64,000 nucleotides of DNA. It comes from Rhodocyclaceae bacterium (GTDB lineage Bacteria > Pseudomonadota > Gammaproteobacteria > Burkholderiales > Rhodocyclaceae). The position numbers and the translations under genes were made by a program. The DNA is taken from contig JAEUNH010000128.1 in the NCBI GenBank assembly GCA_016791205.1, positions 4,594 through 68,593 on the forward strand, in the 5' to 3' direction. The notes under the pieces were generated by a model. That model searched no databases. It was not told where the DNA came from and saw only the letters and a list, made by a program, of their open reading frames with translations. Below, piece by piece: positions 29,999 through 41,774 of this stretch (position 1 is the stretch's first letter; each line of letters opens with the position of its first letter).

Positions 29999-31147
29999 AT
30001 GAGCCTCATCAACCAGATGCTCCAGGACCTCGAATCGCGTCGGGCGGCGCTCAACGGGGATGCGGGCATGCCGAACGAGATCCGTTCGCTGCCTCAGCAA
30101 CGCCCCCCGGCGCTGCGCGCGAGTTTCCTGGCAGGCGTGGCCGCGATCCTGGTGACGGGACTGGGCGGTGTCTGGTGGCTGGCGGATGCCGAGAAAGCGC
30201 CTGTCCCGGCCGCGCCGGCGATCCCGCTGAAGCCCATTTCCCAACCTTCGGCCCTGGTCGCTCCGCCACCGCCGGTGGCCGTTCCGGCGGCGGAGCCGCA
30301 GCCTGTCCCCGCCCAGGAACAGGCGAGCCCTTCGCCACCGACGTTGCCGGCAGAGGAGAGAAAACCGCCTTCGTCCGCGTCCGATACGCCACAGTTGAAA
30401 GTCGCCGCCGAACTGGATGTCGCGGCCCGGGCCGGCAAGCCCGCACCCGTCGCCGGCAAGGGCCGGGAAGGCAAAGAGAACGCCGCACGGCCGGTCCCCG
30501 CACCGGTCCAGCAAGCGGCCGCCGAACCGACAGGCGCAGACGATACGCGCATCGAGAAGAAGATGCGCATGACGAGCGCCAGGGAGCGGGCCGAGAACGA
30601 GTATCGGCGCGCCATCGGCCTGGTCAATCAGGGGCGCATCCAGGACGCCATGGCGGTGCTGCGCGGCGTTCTCAGCGAGGATGCGGGCCATGTCGGCTCC
30701 CGGCTGGCGCTGTTCGGTCTGCTGCTCGAACAGCAGCGCTTGGACGAAGCCCAGGCGTTGCTGGCGGAATCGCTGCAGCGCGATCCGGCCCAGCCGCAGC
30801 TGGCGTCGCGGCTGGCCCGCCTGCAGCTCGAGCGGGGCGACGCGCGGGGGGCCCGCGAGACCCTCGACAAGGCGGCCGGCGCCGCGCAGGACAACCCCGA
30901 TTTCCGCGCCTTCCGCGCCGCCGTGCTGCAGAGACTGACTTTTCACCGCGAGGCCGTCTCGGAATACCAGGCCGCCTTGCGCATACTGCCGCAGGCCGGC
31001 GTGTGGTGGATGGGCCTGGGCATTTCACTCGAGGCGGAAGGCAGGCTGGCCGAGGCGCGGGAGGCCTATCAGCGCGCCAAAGCCACCGGTGCGCTATCCG
31101 TCGAGCTGAGTGCCTTCGTCGAGCAGAAGCTGAAGCGCCTGCAGTAG
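29999..31147 (+). CDS. mshN: TPR protein MshN
   Basis: MSLINQMLQDLE, TM, Pro-rich linker, TPRs, WWMGLGISLE. Confidence 0.9.
   Translation: MSLINQMLQDLESRRAALNGDAGMPNEIRSLPQQRPPALRASFLAGVAAILVTGLGGVWWLADAEKAPVPAAPAIPLKPISQPSALVAPPPPVAVPAAEPQPVPAQEQASPSPPTLPAEERKPPSSASDTPQLKVAAELDVAARAGKPAPVAGKGREGKENAARPVPAPVQQAAAEPTGADDTRIEKKMRMTSARERAENEYRRAIGLVNQGRIQDAMAVLRGVLSEDAGHVGSRLALFGLLLEQQRLDEAQALLAESLQRDPAQPQLASRLARLQLERGDARGARETLDKAAGAAQDNPDFRAFRAAVLQRLTFHREAVSEYQAALRILPQAGVWWMGLGISLEAEGRLAEAREAYQRAKATGALSVELSAFVEQKLKRLQ
30919..30943 (+). repeat. Dispersed 25-bp motif, copy 5 (CGCCGTGCTGCAGAGACTGACTTTT)
   Basis: Inside mshN, read as AVLQRLTF. Confidence 0.88.
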
Positions 31148-31155
31148 CAACCACC

Positions 31156-31869
31156 TCAGGAATTCGGCAGGGTCCGCGCCGCCACCCAGTTTTCCACCCG
31201 TCTGGCCCCGTGCAGCTTCAACATGCGGGCGAACTCGTTCAGCGTCGCTCCGGTGGTCATGACGTCGTCGACCACGGCGATGGTCTTGCCTGCCAGGTCG
31301 ACGCGGCACTCGAAGGCTTGGCGGATGTTGGCCTGGCGTTCCTTCCATGGCAGGCTGGCCTGGGGTGCGCTGTCCGCCACCCGCAGGGAGGCCTCCGCGA
31401 GGAGCGGCAGGCCGAAATGCCGGGCCAGCGGCCGGGCCAGTTCCTGGGCCTGGTTGAAGCCGCGCTCCTTCATGCGTTGGGCGGAGAGAGGCAAAGGGAT
31501 GATGCAGTCGACCCCGGTCGTGTCAAGGTGGCGGGCCAGGGCCTCGGCCAACCAGCCGGCGAGGGGCAGGCGGTGGCGGTACTTCAGCCCCTGCACGATA
31601 TGCTCCACCGGGAAGGCGTAGCGGAAGACGGCGGAGGTGGCGTCGAAAGCGGGCGGCGAATTCTGGCAGGCCCCGCAGCGCAATCCATCCGCCGCGGGCA
31701 GGGCGCAGACGGGGCAGGACGGACCTTCCAGATAGGGCAGGTCGGCCTCGCAGGCGGCGCAGACCAGCCGGTCGCCGCTGGCCTGGCCGCAGACGAAGCA
31801 GTCCTGCGGCAGCAGCCGGGCCAGGCCCGCAATTGTCGTCCGGTAAATTGACAAGCCCTGCCCCTTCAA
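31156..31869 (-). CDS. comF: ComF-family competence protein (zinc ribbon + PRTase)
   Basis: Four Cxx[18 protein letters not shown]; start uncertain. Confidence 0.9.
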   Translation of the reverse strand: MKGQGLSIYRTTIAGLARLLPQDCFVCGQASGDRLVCAACEADLPYLEGPSCPVCALPAADGLRCGACQNSPPAFDATSAVFRYAFPVEHIVQGLKYRHRLPLAGWLAEALARHLDTTGVDCIIPLPLSAQRMKERGFNQAQELARPLARHFGLPLLAEASLRVADSAPQASLPWKERQANIRQAFECRVDLAGKTIAVVDDVMTTGATLNEFARMLKLHGARRVENWVAARTLPNS

Positions 31870-31876
31870 CGATCAT
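31833..31876 (+). promoter_or_regulatory. Putative bioB sigma70 promoter with overlapping short inverted repeat
   Basis: TTGACA (31848-31853)-17 bp-GATCAT; TTGTC-N12-GACAA at 31833-31854. Confidence 0.5.
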
Positions 31877-31910
31877 CCCTGTCCGATTCTATCCGAAGCA
31901 TTTCCCCGAC

Positions 31911-32885
31911 ATGCAGACAGCCGCAGAGCGCGTGAGCAAGGACTCACCCCCGCAAAGACAATGGACCGCCGCCGAGATCCAGGCGCTGTTCGAATTGCCT
32001 TTCAACGATCTGCTGTTCCGGGCCCAGCAGGTGCACCGCGCCAATTTCGACGCCAATAGCGTGCAGCGCTCGACCCTGCTGTCGGTGAAGACCGGTGGCT
32101 GCTCCGAGGACTGCGGCTACTGCTCGCAGGCGGCGCGCCACCATACCGGGCTGGAAAAGGAGTCGCTGCTGGAGATCGACGAAGTGGTCGCCGCCGCCCA
32201 GGCCGCCAAGGAAAAGGGCGCCAGCCGCTTCTGCATGGGCGCCGCCTGGCGCGGGCCGAAGGACAAGGACCTCGAACAGGTGAGCGAGATGATCCGCGCG
32301 GTGAAAGCCCTCGGCCTGGAGACCTGCGTCACCCTGGGCATGCTCAAGGAAGGCCAGGCGGAGAAGCTGAAGGCCGCCGGCCTCGACTATTACAACCACA
32401 ACCTCGATACCGCGCCGGAGTTCTACGGCAACATCGTCACCACCCACAGCCAGGCCGACCGCTTCGACACGCTCGGCAAGGTGCGTGCCGCCGGCATCAG
32501 CGTCTGCTGCGGCGGCATCGTCGGCATGGGCGAGACGCGCGCCAGCCGCGCCAGCCTGATCGCCGAGCTGGCCAACATGAATCCGCCGCCGGAATCCGTG
32601 CCGATCAACAACCTGGTGCCGGTGCCGGGCACGCCGCTGGCGAATGCCGAGCCGATCGATCCCTTCGAGTTCGTGCGCACCATCGCGGCGGCGCGCATCA
32701 CCATGCCGAACAGCCTCGTGCGCCTGTCGGCCGGACGCCAGGAGATGAGCGACGAGCTGCAGGCGCTGTGCTTCCTCGCCGGCGCCAACTCGATCTTCTA
32801 CGGCGACAAGCTGCTCACCACCGGCAACCCCGAGGCCGGGCGCGACGAGAAGCTCTTCGAGCGCTTGGGGCTGAACGCCGTCTGA
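31911..32885 (+). CDS. bioB: Biotin synthase
   Basis: CSEDCGYC radical-SAM motif, [15 protein letters not shown]. Confidence 0.97.
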   Translation: MQTAAERVSKDSPPQRQWTAAEIQALFELPFNDLLFRAQQVHRANFDANSVQRSTLLSVKTGGCSEDCGYCSQAARHHTGLEKESLLEIDEVVAAAQAAKEKGASRFCMGAAWRGPKDKDLEQVSEMIRAVKALGLETCVTLGMLKEGQAEKLKAAGLDYYNHNLDTAPEFYGNIVTTHSQADRFDTLGKVRAAGISVCCGGIVGMGETRASRASLIAELANMNPPPESVPINNLVPVPGTPLANAEPIDPFEFVRTIAAARITMPNSLVRLSAGRQEMSDELQALCFLAGANSIFYGDKLLTTGNPEAGRDEKLFERLGLNAV

Positions 32886-33688
32886 TGCGGTCTGACTTCG
32901 GCCGGGCGGCGGCTTCCTACGACGAGGCCGCCGTGCTGGCCAAAGAAGTCGGTCTGCGCATGACGGCGAAGCTGGATTTCATCAAGCTCGCGCCGGCCCG
33001 TGCGGCCGATATCGGCTGCGCCACCGGCGACGGCATCCGCCTGTTGCAGGCGCGCTACCCGCAGGTCCTCCCCCTGGCGGTCGACTACGCACCGGCTATG
33101 CTGGCCGAAGTGTCGCGCCGCGTTCCCTGGCTGGATCGGCTGCGCCGTCGCGCGCCGCGCTGTCTGGCCGCTGACGTGCGGGCGCTGCCCCTGGCCGGCG
33201 GCAGCCTCGGACTGGCCTGGTCGAACCTGATGCTGCATTGGCTCGACGACCCCTTGCCGGCCCTGCGGGAACTGCATCGCGTGCTCGAGACCGGCGGCCT
33301 GCTGCTGTTCAGCGTGCTGGGGCCGGACACCCTGCAGGAGCTGCGCGGCGCCGGTGCCACGACGCTGCGGCGCTTCCACGACATGCACGACCTGGGCGAC
33401 ATGCTGCTGGCAGCCGGATTCGCCGATCCGGTGATGGAGATGGAGAAGATCGCGTTTACCTATGCCAACCCGCGCGGCCTGCTGCGCGACCAGCGCCGGC
33501 TCGGCGTGCGCGACGGACTGTTCGGGCCGATGGGCTTCCGCGAGGGACGGCGCCTCTTTCGCGCCTGGGAATCACAGAGGTGCGATGGGCGTCTGCCTGC
33601 CACCTTCGAGATCGTCTACGGCCATGCCTGGAAAGCCGAGCCGAAAGCTTCAGCGGACGGCCGCGCGATCATCCGCTTTCATAAATAG
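32885..33688 (+). CDS. bioC: Malonyl-ACP O-methyltransferase BioC-like
   Basis: TGATG coupling to bioB; FGRAAASYD, DIGCATG, SNLMLHW, DMHDLGDML, FEIVYGHAW. Confidence 0.85.
   Translation: MRSDFGRAAASYDEAAVLAKEVGLRMTAKLDFIKLAPARAADIGCATGDGIRLLQARYPQVLPLAVDYAPAMLAEVSRRVPWLDRLRRRAPRCLAADVRALPLAGGSLGLAWSNLMLHWLDDPLPALRELHRVLETGGLLLFSVLGPDTLQELRGAGATTLRRFHDMHDLGDMLLAAGFADPVMEMEKIAFTYANPRGLLRDQRRLGVRDGLFGPMGFREGRRLFRAWESQRCDGRLPATFEIVYGHAWKAEPKASADGRAIIRFHK
32944..32968 (-). repeat. Dispersed 25-bp motif, copy 6 (CGCCGTCATGCGCAGACCGACTTCT on minus)
   Basis: Inside bioC, read as EVGLRMTA; 2 deviations from consensus. Confidence 0.82.
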
Positions 33689-34046
33689 CGGCGCGCAATT
33701 GCCGTTGCCGCTCGCGCACCAACCGAAGCGCGCGCCAGCCCAGCAGTGCGCCGAGCAGCACCGTGTAGAGCAGCGGCAGCGTGATGTCCTTCTTCACCAG
33801 CCACCAGTAGTGGATGACGCCAATGATGGCGATGGCGTAGGCGCTGCGGTGCAGTTGCGTCCAGCGCCGGCCGCCAAGCCGCTTCAGCATCGCTGCATTC
33901 GAAGTCGCCGCCAGCGGGATCAGCAGGACGAAGGGGGTGAAGCCGGCGGCGATGAGGGGGCTCTTCTGCAGGCCGGGAAACGCCTCGCGCGCCCAGGCCT
34001 CGGCCGGCAGGCCGGCGGCCAGGGCGAGGGCGCCGACGGGGAAAGC
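33669..34046 (-). pseudogene. msrQ: Start-less remnant: msrP-like N-terminal piece fused in frame to the C-terminal part of msrQ
   Basis: After the anti-sigma TAA the frame reads GALALAAGLPAEAWAREAFPGLQKSPL|IAAGFTPFVLLIPLAATSNAAMLKRLGGRRWTQLHRSAY...HYWW. Confidence 0.8.
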
Positions 34047-34802
34047 TTACGGGTTCAGTTGCCGATAGACCGCCGTGGCGACGTGCAGCAGCTCGGCCTT
34101 GTCCATCTCGCCGGAAAGGGCATAGCCGAGGCGGCCGTCGAGCCAGTAGAAGACGCCGATGCCGTTTTCGCGCGCGTAGCGGAAAGACGTCTCCGAGGCC
34201 ACCTGCGCATCGTGCCGCACGTAGAGGGTCAGGCGCTGGCCGCGCCCGTCCTGGTACATGAACTGCGCCACCGGGCCGGCTTCGCCCGACAACAGGCGTC
34301 CGCCCACCAGATCGAAGCCCTGCGCGGCGAGCCGCGGCGGCTTCAGTTCGGCACCCAGGCGTTTCGACAGCCAGGCGACGAGGTGCGCCTCCTCGGCGGC
34401 GCCGACTTCCACCGGATGCCGCACCTCCGGGCTGAAGACGGCATGCGCCAGCGCCGCCTGCCGCGGCAACGAGGCGGAGGCCGATGGAGCGGGCGACAAT
34501 TGGTCGCGCAACAGGAAGCCCAGCAGGCCGCCGACCGTCAGCCAGGCCACAGCCGCCGCCAGATGCAGCGGCAGCGCCGGCGAGGCGCGGCCGGCGGCCA
34601 TCAGTCTCGCCGGCACCGCCTCGTCGAGGACCGGGTCGAAGGCACCGTGCAGCCGCTCGTTCTGGATGCGCCAATCGGCCACGGTCTGGCGCAGCTCCGG
34701 ACGGTCATCGAGCCAGGCTTCCACTTGCGCTCGCCGCGCGGCCTCCAACCGGCCGTCGGCATAGGCATGGAGTTCCTGTTCGCTGATCGGCGGCTGGTTC
34801 AT
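34047..34802 (-). CDS. Transmembrane anti-sigma factor (PrtR/COG5662-like)
   Basis: ELHAYADGRL, TM, RHPVEV, WLSKRLG, LVGGRLL. Confidence 0.9.
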   Translation of the reverse strand: MNQPPISEQELHAYADGRLEAARRAQVEAWLDDRPELRQTVADWRIQNERLHGAFDPVLDEAVPARLMAAGRASPALPLHLAAAVAWLTVGGLLGFLLRDQLSPAPSASASLPRQAALAHAVFSPEVRHPVEVGAAEEAHLVAWLSKRLGAELKPPRLAAQGFDLVGGRLLSGEAGPVAQFMYQDGRGQRLTLYVRHDAQVASETSFRYARENGIGVFYWLDGRLGYALSGEMDKAELLHVATAVYRQLNP

Positions 34803-35299
34803 TTCACGGCTTTCAGATGGGGCTCCGCAGCGTCGGCGCCGGACAGCAGCGAACGCAGCCGCTGGCGTCCGCGCGACAGCCGGGACATGACGGTGCCGAG
34901 CGGCAGGCCGAGGATCTTCGCGGTGTCTTCATAGGACAGGTCCTCCAGGCCGACCAGCAGCAGCACTTCGCGTTGTTCGGCCGGCAGCCGCGCCAGGCAG
35001 CCGGCCAGATCGCGCAATTCAATGGCATCGGCCTGGCTGGCTCTCATCGGCAATTCGGGCAGGGCCTCGTCGCCGGGATAGTCCACCGCCCCGGCGCGGC
35101 GCGCCTGATTGACGAAGAGGTTGTGCATGATGGAGAACAGCCAGGCGCGCAGGTTGCCGGGCCGCCACAGCGCCCATTTGCCGAGGGCGCGTTCCAGCGT
35201 GTCCTGCACCAGGTCGTCGGCGCGCGCGGCATCCCCCGTCAGCGCCCGCGCATACCGGCGCAGGCGGGGAATCTCGGCGACGATGTCCTGACGGCCCAT
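34799..35299 (-). CDS. ECF sigma factor (PrtI/ECF26-like)
   Basis: LRRYARAL, DDLVQDT, WLFSIMHN, GTVMSRLSRGR. Confidence 0.92.
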   Translation of the reverse strand: MGRQDIVAEIPRLRRYARALTGDAARADDLVQDTLERALGKWALWRPGNLRAWLFSIMHNLFVNQARRAGAVDYPGDEALPELPMRASQADAIELRDLAGCLARLPAEQREVLLLVGLEDLSYEDTAKILGLPLGTVMSRLSRGRQRLRSLLSGADAAEPHLKAVK

Positions 35300-35310
35300 C
35301 GTGCGGGAGT

Positions 35311-35697
35311 CTACTCCCTGGCCAGACGCCAGGCGTTATTGACCCCGTCGCCGCTGCGGTCGCCGGGCTTCTGGTCCTTGATCCAGTAATAGAGCGGTTT
35401 GCCCTTGAAGGCCCACTGCTTCTTGCCGTCGTCGCGGGTAATCACGGACCAGTCGCCCGCGGCACGGTCGCCATCGGCGGCGAACAGCGGCGGCCAGTTG
35501 CTGGCGCACGGGCCATTGCAGACGCTCTTGCCGCTGCCGGCGGCATCCTTGTCGAAGGTGTACAGCGTCATGCCGTTTCCGCCAACCAGGATGCCGCCCT
35601 CGGTGCGGGCGGGGGCGGCAGTGCGGGTTTCATTGGAGGCGCAGCCGGCCAGCAGGCCGAGCGCGAGGATGGCGGTGCAGAGAGTGGTCTTGTTCAT
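35311..35697 (-). CDS. COG4315 lipoprotein (Yx(FWY)xxD repeats)
   Basis: ATG at 35697 after AGGAG; LAGC lipobox, TLYTFDKD, CNGPC...WPP, PLYYWIKD. Confidence 0.9.
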   Translation of the reverse strand: MNKTTLCTAILALGLLAGCASNETRTAAPARTEGGILVGGNGMTLYTFDKDAAGSGKSVCNGPCASNWPPLFAADGDRAAGDWSVITRDDGKKQWAFKGKPLYYWIKDQKPGDRSGDGVNNAWRLARE

Positions 35698-35733
35698 GTT
35701 TTCTCCTGTCGGGGTAGGGGACTGCACCGTGTA

Positions 35734-35759
35734 AACAGGCAAAGCCGTAGTTTTATTCC
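35734..35759 (-). promoter_or_regulatory. Putative autoregulatory ECF promoter
   Basis: GGAAT-N18-GTT (GGAATAAAA...) upstream of the lipoprotein-sigma-antisigma operon. Confidence 0.65.
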
Positions 35760-35770
35760 CAAGGAGAATG

Positions 35771-35796
35771 AAAAAGGGGCGGCTACCGCCACCCCT
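35771..35796 (-). terminator. Intrinsic terminator after cytochrome c4
   Basis: GGGGTGGC-GGTA-GCCGCCCC followed by T5 on minus. Confidence 0.75.
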
Positions 35797-35819
35797 CATG
35801 AACAATATGTCGAGCGTGT

Positions 35820-36458
35820 TCAGCGCAAGCCGGCGACGTAGTCGGCAACCGCCTTGATTTCGGCGTCGGACATCTTGGCGGCGACGGCGCGCATCATCCT
35901 GTTCGGGTCGTTGGCGCGCTCGCCGGTGCGGAAGGCCTTCAGCTGCGCCTCGGTGTACTCGGAAAACTGGCCGCCGATGCGCGGGTACTGGGCCGGGATG
36001 CCGGCACCCGCCGGCCCGTGGCAGGCGGCGCAGGCCGGCAGGCCGCGTGCAGCATCGCCGGCCCGATAAAGCTTCTGGGCCGCCTCGATCGCCTGGGCCT
36101 TGGCCTGTTCCGCCTTCTGGGTCTGGCTGGCGTAGAAGGCCGCCACGTTCTTCATGTCCTGGTCCGTGATGGCGGCCACCATCCCGCCCATCACCGGGCT
36201 GTTGCGCTCGGCCGGCTTGCCGCCTTCGGCCTTGAAGTTCCTCAACTGCTTGTAGAGATAATCGGCATGCTGTCCGGCCAGCTTGGGGTTGGCGGCGACC
36301 GGGCTGTTGCCATCCGGGTTATGGCAGGCGGCGCAGATTTGCGCGGCGACCTGCCGGCCCTTGGCGGCGTCAGCCTTGGCGGCAGCGGGCTGGTCGGCGG
36401 CCTGAACCGTCGCGCCGCAGGCGAGCGCCAGAGAAAGGACAATGAAGCGTTGAACCAT
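35820..36458 (-). CDS. Dihaem cytochrome c4
   Basis: Signal peptide, two CAACH motifs; divergent from engB. Confidence 0.93.
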   Translation of the reverse strand: MVQRFIVLSLALACGATVQAADQPAAAKADAAKGRQVAAQICAACHNPDGNSPVAANPKLAGQHADYLYKQLRNFKAEGGKPAERNSPVMGGMVAAITDQDMKNVAAFYASQTQKAEQAKAQAIEAAQKLYRAGDAARGLPACAACHGPAGAGIPAQYPRIGGQFSEYTEAQLKAFRTGERANDPNRMMRAVAAKMSDAEIKAVADYVAGLR

Positions 36459-37169
36459 GGATGCGACTCCTCGGGGCCTGATGCTGGATAAGCTGTTATT
36501 CTATTTCAACTTGCCATCTCTGAGACACGCCGCGACCGATTCCGGCGGGCTTTCGTTTCCTGGTCTTATGTCCCTTTTCGCCAATGCGGTTTTCGCGATC
36601 TCTGCGGAGAAACTGAGCGACCTGCCGCCCCCGGATGGCGCCGAGATCGCTTTTGCCGGCCGGTCGAATGCCGGCAAATCGAGCGCCATCAATGCCTTGG
36701 CCGGCCAGACCCGACTGGCGTTCGTCAGCAAGACCCCGGGGCGGACGCAGTTGATCAACTTCTTTCGTTTGACCAATGGTGCCCTGCTGGTCGACTTGCC
36801 CGGCTACGGCTATGCCGCCGTGCCGGAAAAAATCCGCCGCCATTGGCAGAGCGTGCTGGCGGCTTATCTCTCTCGACGCTCGAGCATCTGCGGGCTGGTG
36901 CTGATCATGGACGCCCGGCGGCCCCTGACCGAGCTCGATCGCCAGATGCTGGAGTGGTTCGGCCCGACCGGAAAGCCGATTCATGTCCTGCTGACCAAGG
37001 CCGACAAGCTGACCCGCAATGAGGCCGCCGCCACCCTGCGAAGCACGCGCGAGGCCCTTTCGCCCTGGTCCGACCAGGTCAGCGTGCAGTTGTTCTCGAG
37101 CCTGAAAAAAACCGGGATGGACGAGGCGGAGTCCGTGATCGGCGGCTGGCTGGGTCATGTCACGCGCCA

Positions 37170-38360
<1,191 letters not shown>

Positions 38361-38365
38361 GCGGC

Positions 38366-38962
38366 TCAGGCGGGCCTGGAAAGGCAGCCGGCCAGCAGCA
38401 TCGGCCACTGCTGCGACCACTGCGCCATCGGCTCCCGGACGAAGCCGCTCCTTACGAAGGACTGCCAGCGGCCGACGACGAAGCTCAGGCACAGGTTGGC
38501 CGCGGCCGCGGCGTCCTCGCCCTGCGGCAGCTCGTGGCTGGTCGCCGCGATGCGCAGGGCCTGCTTGAGCGAGGCCTCGACGCGATCCAGCAGCTGGTTG
38601 ATGCGCGCCTGCAGGCGGTCGTCCTCGTGCACCAGGGCGTCGCCGATCAGCACCCGGGTCAGGCCGCGATTCTTCTGGGCGAAACCGAGCAGCAGGGCCA
38701 CGATCAATTCCGCCTGGCGGACACCGGACTGCTCTTCGGCGTTGATCTTGTTGATTACCGAGAACAGCCCGGTCTCGATGAATTCGATCAGCCCCTCGTA
38801 CATCTGCGCTTTGCTGGCAAAGTGACGATAGAGGGCCGCCTCGGAGACATCCAGTTTCCTGGCCAGCAGCGCGGTGGTGATCTTCTCCCCCCGCGGGTCC
38901 TGCAGCATCTCGGCGATGGTCTGCAGGATCTGCAGCTTGCGTTCCCCGGCTCTGGCGGCCAT
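38366..38962 (-). CDS. slmA: Nucleoid occlusion factor SlmA (TetR family)
   Basis: ITTALLA...VSEAALYRHF.SKAQMYEGLIEFIE; argB-linked. Confidence 0.93.
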   Translation of the reverse strand: MAARAGERKLQILQTIAEMLQDPRGEKITTALLARKLDVSEAALYRHFASKAQMYEGLIEFIETGLFSVINKINAEEQSGVRQAELIVALLLGFAQKNRGLTRVLIGDALVHEDDRLQARINQLLDRVEASLKQALRIAATSHELPQGEDAAAAANLCLSFVVGRWQSFVRSGFVREPMAQWSQQWPMLLAGCLSRPA

Positions 38963-38974
38963 GGCGTCTCCCCG

Positions 38975-40542
<1,568 letters not shown>

Positions 40543-40555
40543 CTAAGCCTTATGC

Positions 40556-40584
40556 AAAAAAAGCGGGAAGCCGTGGCTTCCCGC
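40556..40584 (-). terminator. Intrinsic terminator after hsp20
   Basis: GCGGGAAGC-CACG-GCTTCCCGC followed by T7 on minus. Confidence 0.85.
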
Positions 40585-40629
40585 GCTACCCGGCCCCAAG
40601 GAGGAGGAGGGGATGGGCCGGATCGGGGT

Positions 40630-41049
40630 TCAGTCGATGGTCAGGCGCTTGGCCGCCGCCGCCGCCTTCTTCGGCAGCGTCAGTTCCAGCACGCCGTCGG
40701 CGAACTTGGCCGCCGACTTGCCTTCGTCGATGTCCTGGCCGAGCTGGAAGCTGCGCGAGACCTTGCCGAAATAGCGCTCGGTGCGCAGCACGCGCTCGCC
40801 TTCCTTGACTTCCTTTTCCTGCTTGCGCTCGGCGCTGATCGACACGACGGAGCCGTCGATGTTCACGTGAATGTCTTCCTTGCGGATGCCCGGCAGTTCG
40901 GCGTGAACCTTGTAGGCTTCGCCCTGCTCCTTGACGTCGATCTTGATCGAAGGGACGTCTACGTTGCCGCCGAAATCGACAGGGCGCACGAAGAAGCCGC
41001 GAAAGAAATCGTCGAAGGGATCCGAACCGGAACGCACGATGTTGGCCAT
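40630..41049 (-). CDS. Hsp20/alpha-crystallin small heat-shock protein
   Basis: IDVKE, AELPG, ERYFG...RSFQL, DGVLELTLPK. Confidence 0.95.
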   Translation of the reverse strand: MANIVRSGSDPFDDFFRGFFVRPVDFGGNVDVPSIKIDVKEQGEAYKVHAELPGIRKEDIHVNIDGSVVSISAERKQEKEVKEGERVLRTERYFGKVSRSFQLGQDIDEGKSAAKFADGVLELTLPKKAAAAAKRLTID

Positions 41050-41095
41050 GATGCTGTCTCCTTTTCTGCAAGTTGGGATTAGACTCATGCTATGA

Positions 41096-41123
41096 ATATA
41101 GGGCGGCTTCGGCCCGTTTCAAG
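41096..41123 (-). promoter_or_regulatory. Sigma32 promoter of hsp20
   Basis: CTTGAAA-N13-CCCTATAT on minus. Confidence 0.75.
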
Positions 41124-41134
41124 GGTTTTGGCGA

Positions 41135-41365
41135 ATGAGCGAAAATGATTGCGGGTCAAGGAGTTGCTGCGGCAATTCGGTTTGCCCGGGCTGCGGGGGA
41201 CGGTTTGATTGCGGGATGCTGGCGGGTGGGGCCTGCTGGTGCGCCGTCCTGCCGAGACCGACTTTTCCGCTCGACCCCGACAAGGGCTGCTACTGTCCGG
41301 CCTGCCTGAAGCGGAAGCTTGCCGGGCAGGCCCTCAGCGGCGCTGCGGGCCCAGCGCGAGCATGA
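41135..41365 (+). CDS. Cysteine-rich CWC family small protein
   Basis: CPGCG..FDCG...CWC...CYCPACL pattern. Confidence 0.75.
   Translation: MSENDCGSRSCCGNSVCPGCGGRFDCGMLAGGACWCAVLPRPTFPLDPDKGCYCPACLKRKLAGQALSGAAGPARA
41242..41266 (+). repeat. Dispersed 25-bp motif, copy 7 (CGCCGTCCTGCCGAGACCGACTTTT)
   Basis: Inside the CWC gene, read as AVLPRPTF. Confidence 0.9.
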
Positions 41366-41774
41366 GAATGGCGTCGCGGTTGCTCCAGGAAAAGACTGCC
41401 CGGGCTGCCTCGCGCCAAGGCAGCCAGCGATAGCCCAGATGCTCCGCCGGAGCGACCGCGACCGGCGCCGCCAGCGGCAGCATCAGGCTGAAGACGTGCT
41501 CGGTGTTTTCGGTGACGCCCGGCGGATAGCGGTGGCGCCATTCGGGAAAGATCTGGTACCGGTTGGCCAGCCGCCAGTCGACCAGGTCTTCAACCTTGGC
41601 CGCCAGTCCGGTTTCCTCCGCCGTCTCCCGCAGCGCGGTGGCGATGAGCGGCTCCTCGCCTTCCTGGCTGCCGGTGACCGACTGCCAGAAGCCGGGATGC
41701 GCCGCCCGCTCGAGCAGCAGCACCTGCAGGTCGGGCGTGTGGATGAGGACCAGAACGGATACGGGTTTCTTCAC
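41334..41774 (-). CDS. nudB: Dihydroneopterin triphosphate diphosphatase
   Basis: GTG at 41774; KKPVSVLV, FWQSVTGS, RETAEETG Nudix box, FSWSN. Confidence 0.93.
   Translation of the reverse strand: MKKPVSVLVLIHTPDLQVLLLERAAHPGFWQSVTGSQEGEEPLIATALRETAEETGLAAKVEDLVDWRLANRYQIFPEWRHRYPPGVTENTEHVFSLMLPLAAPVAVAPAEHLGYRWLPWREAARAVFSWSNRDAILMLALGPQRR

Noticed and set aside
31833-31854. TTGTC-N12-GACAA as a BirA operator
   Set aside because: Arms and spacing are shorter than the canonical BirA site; recorded only as an inverted repeat.
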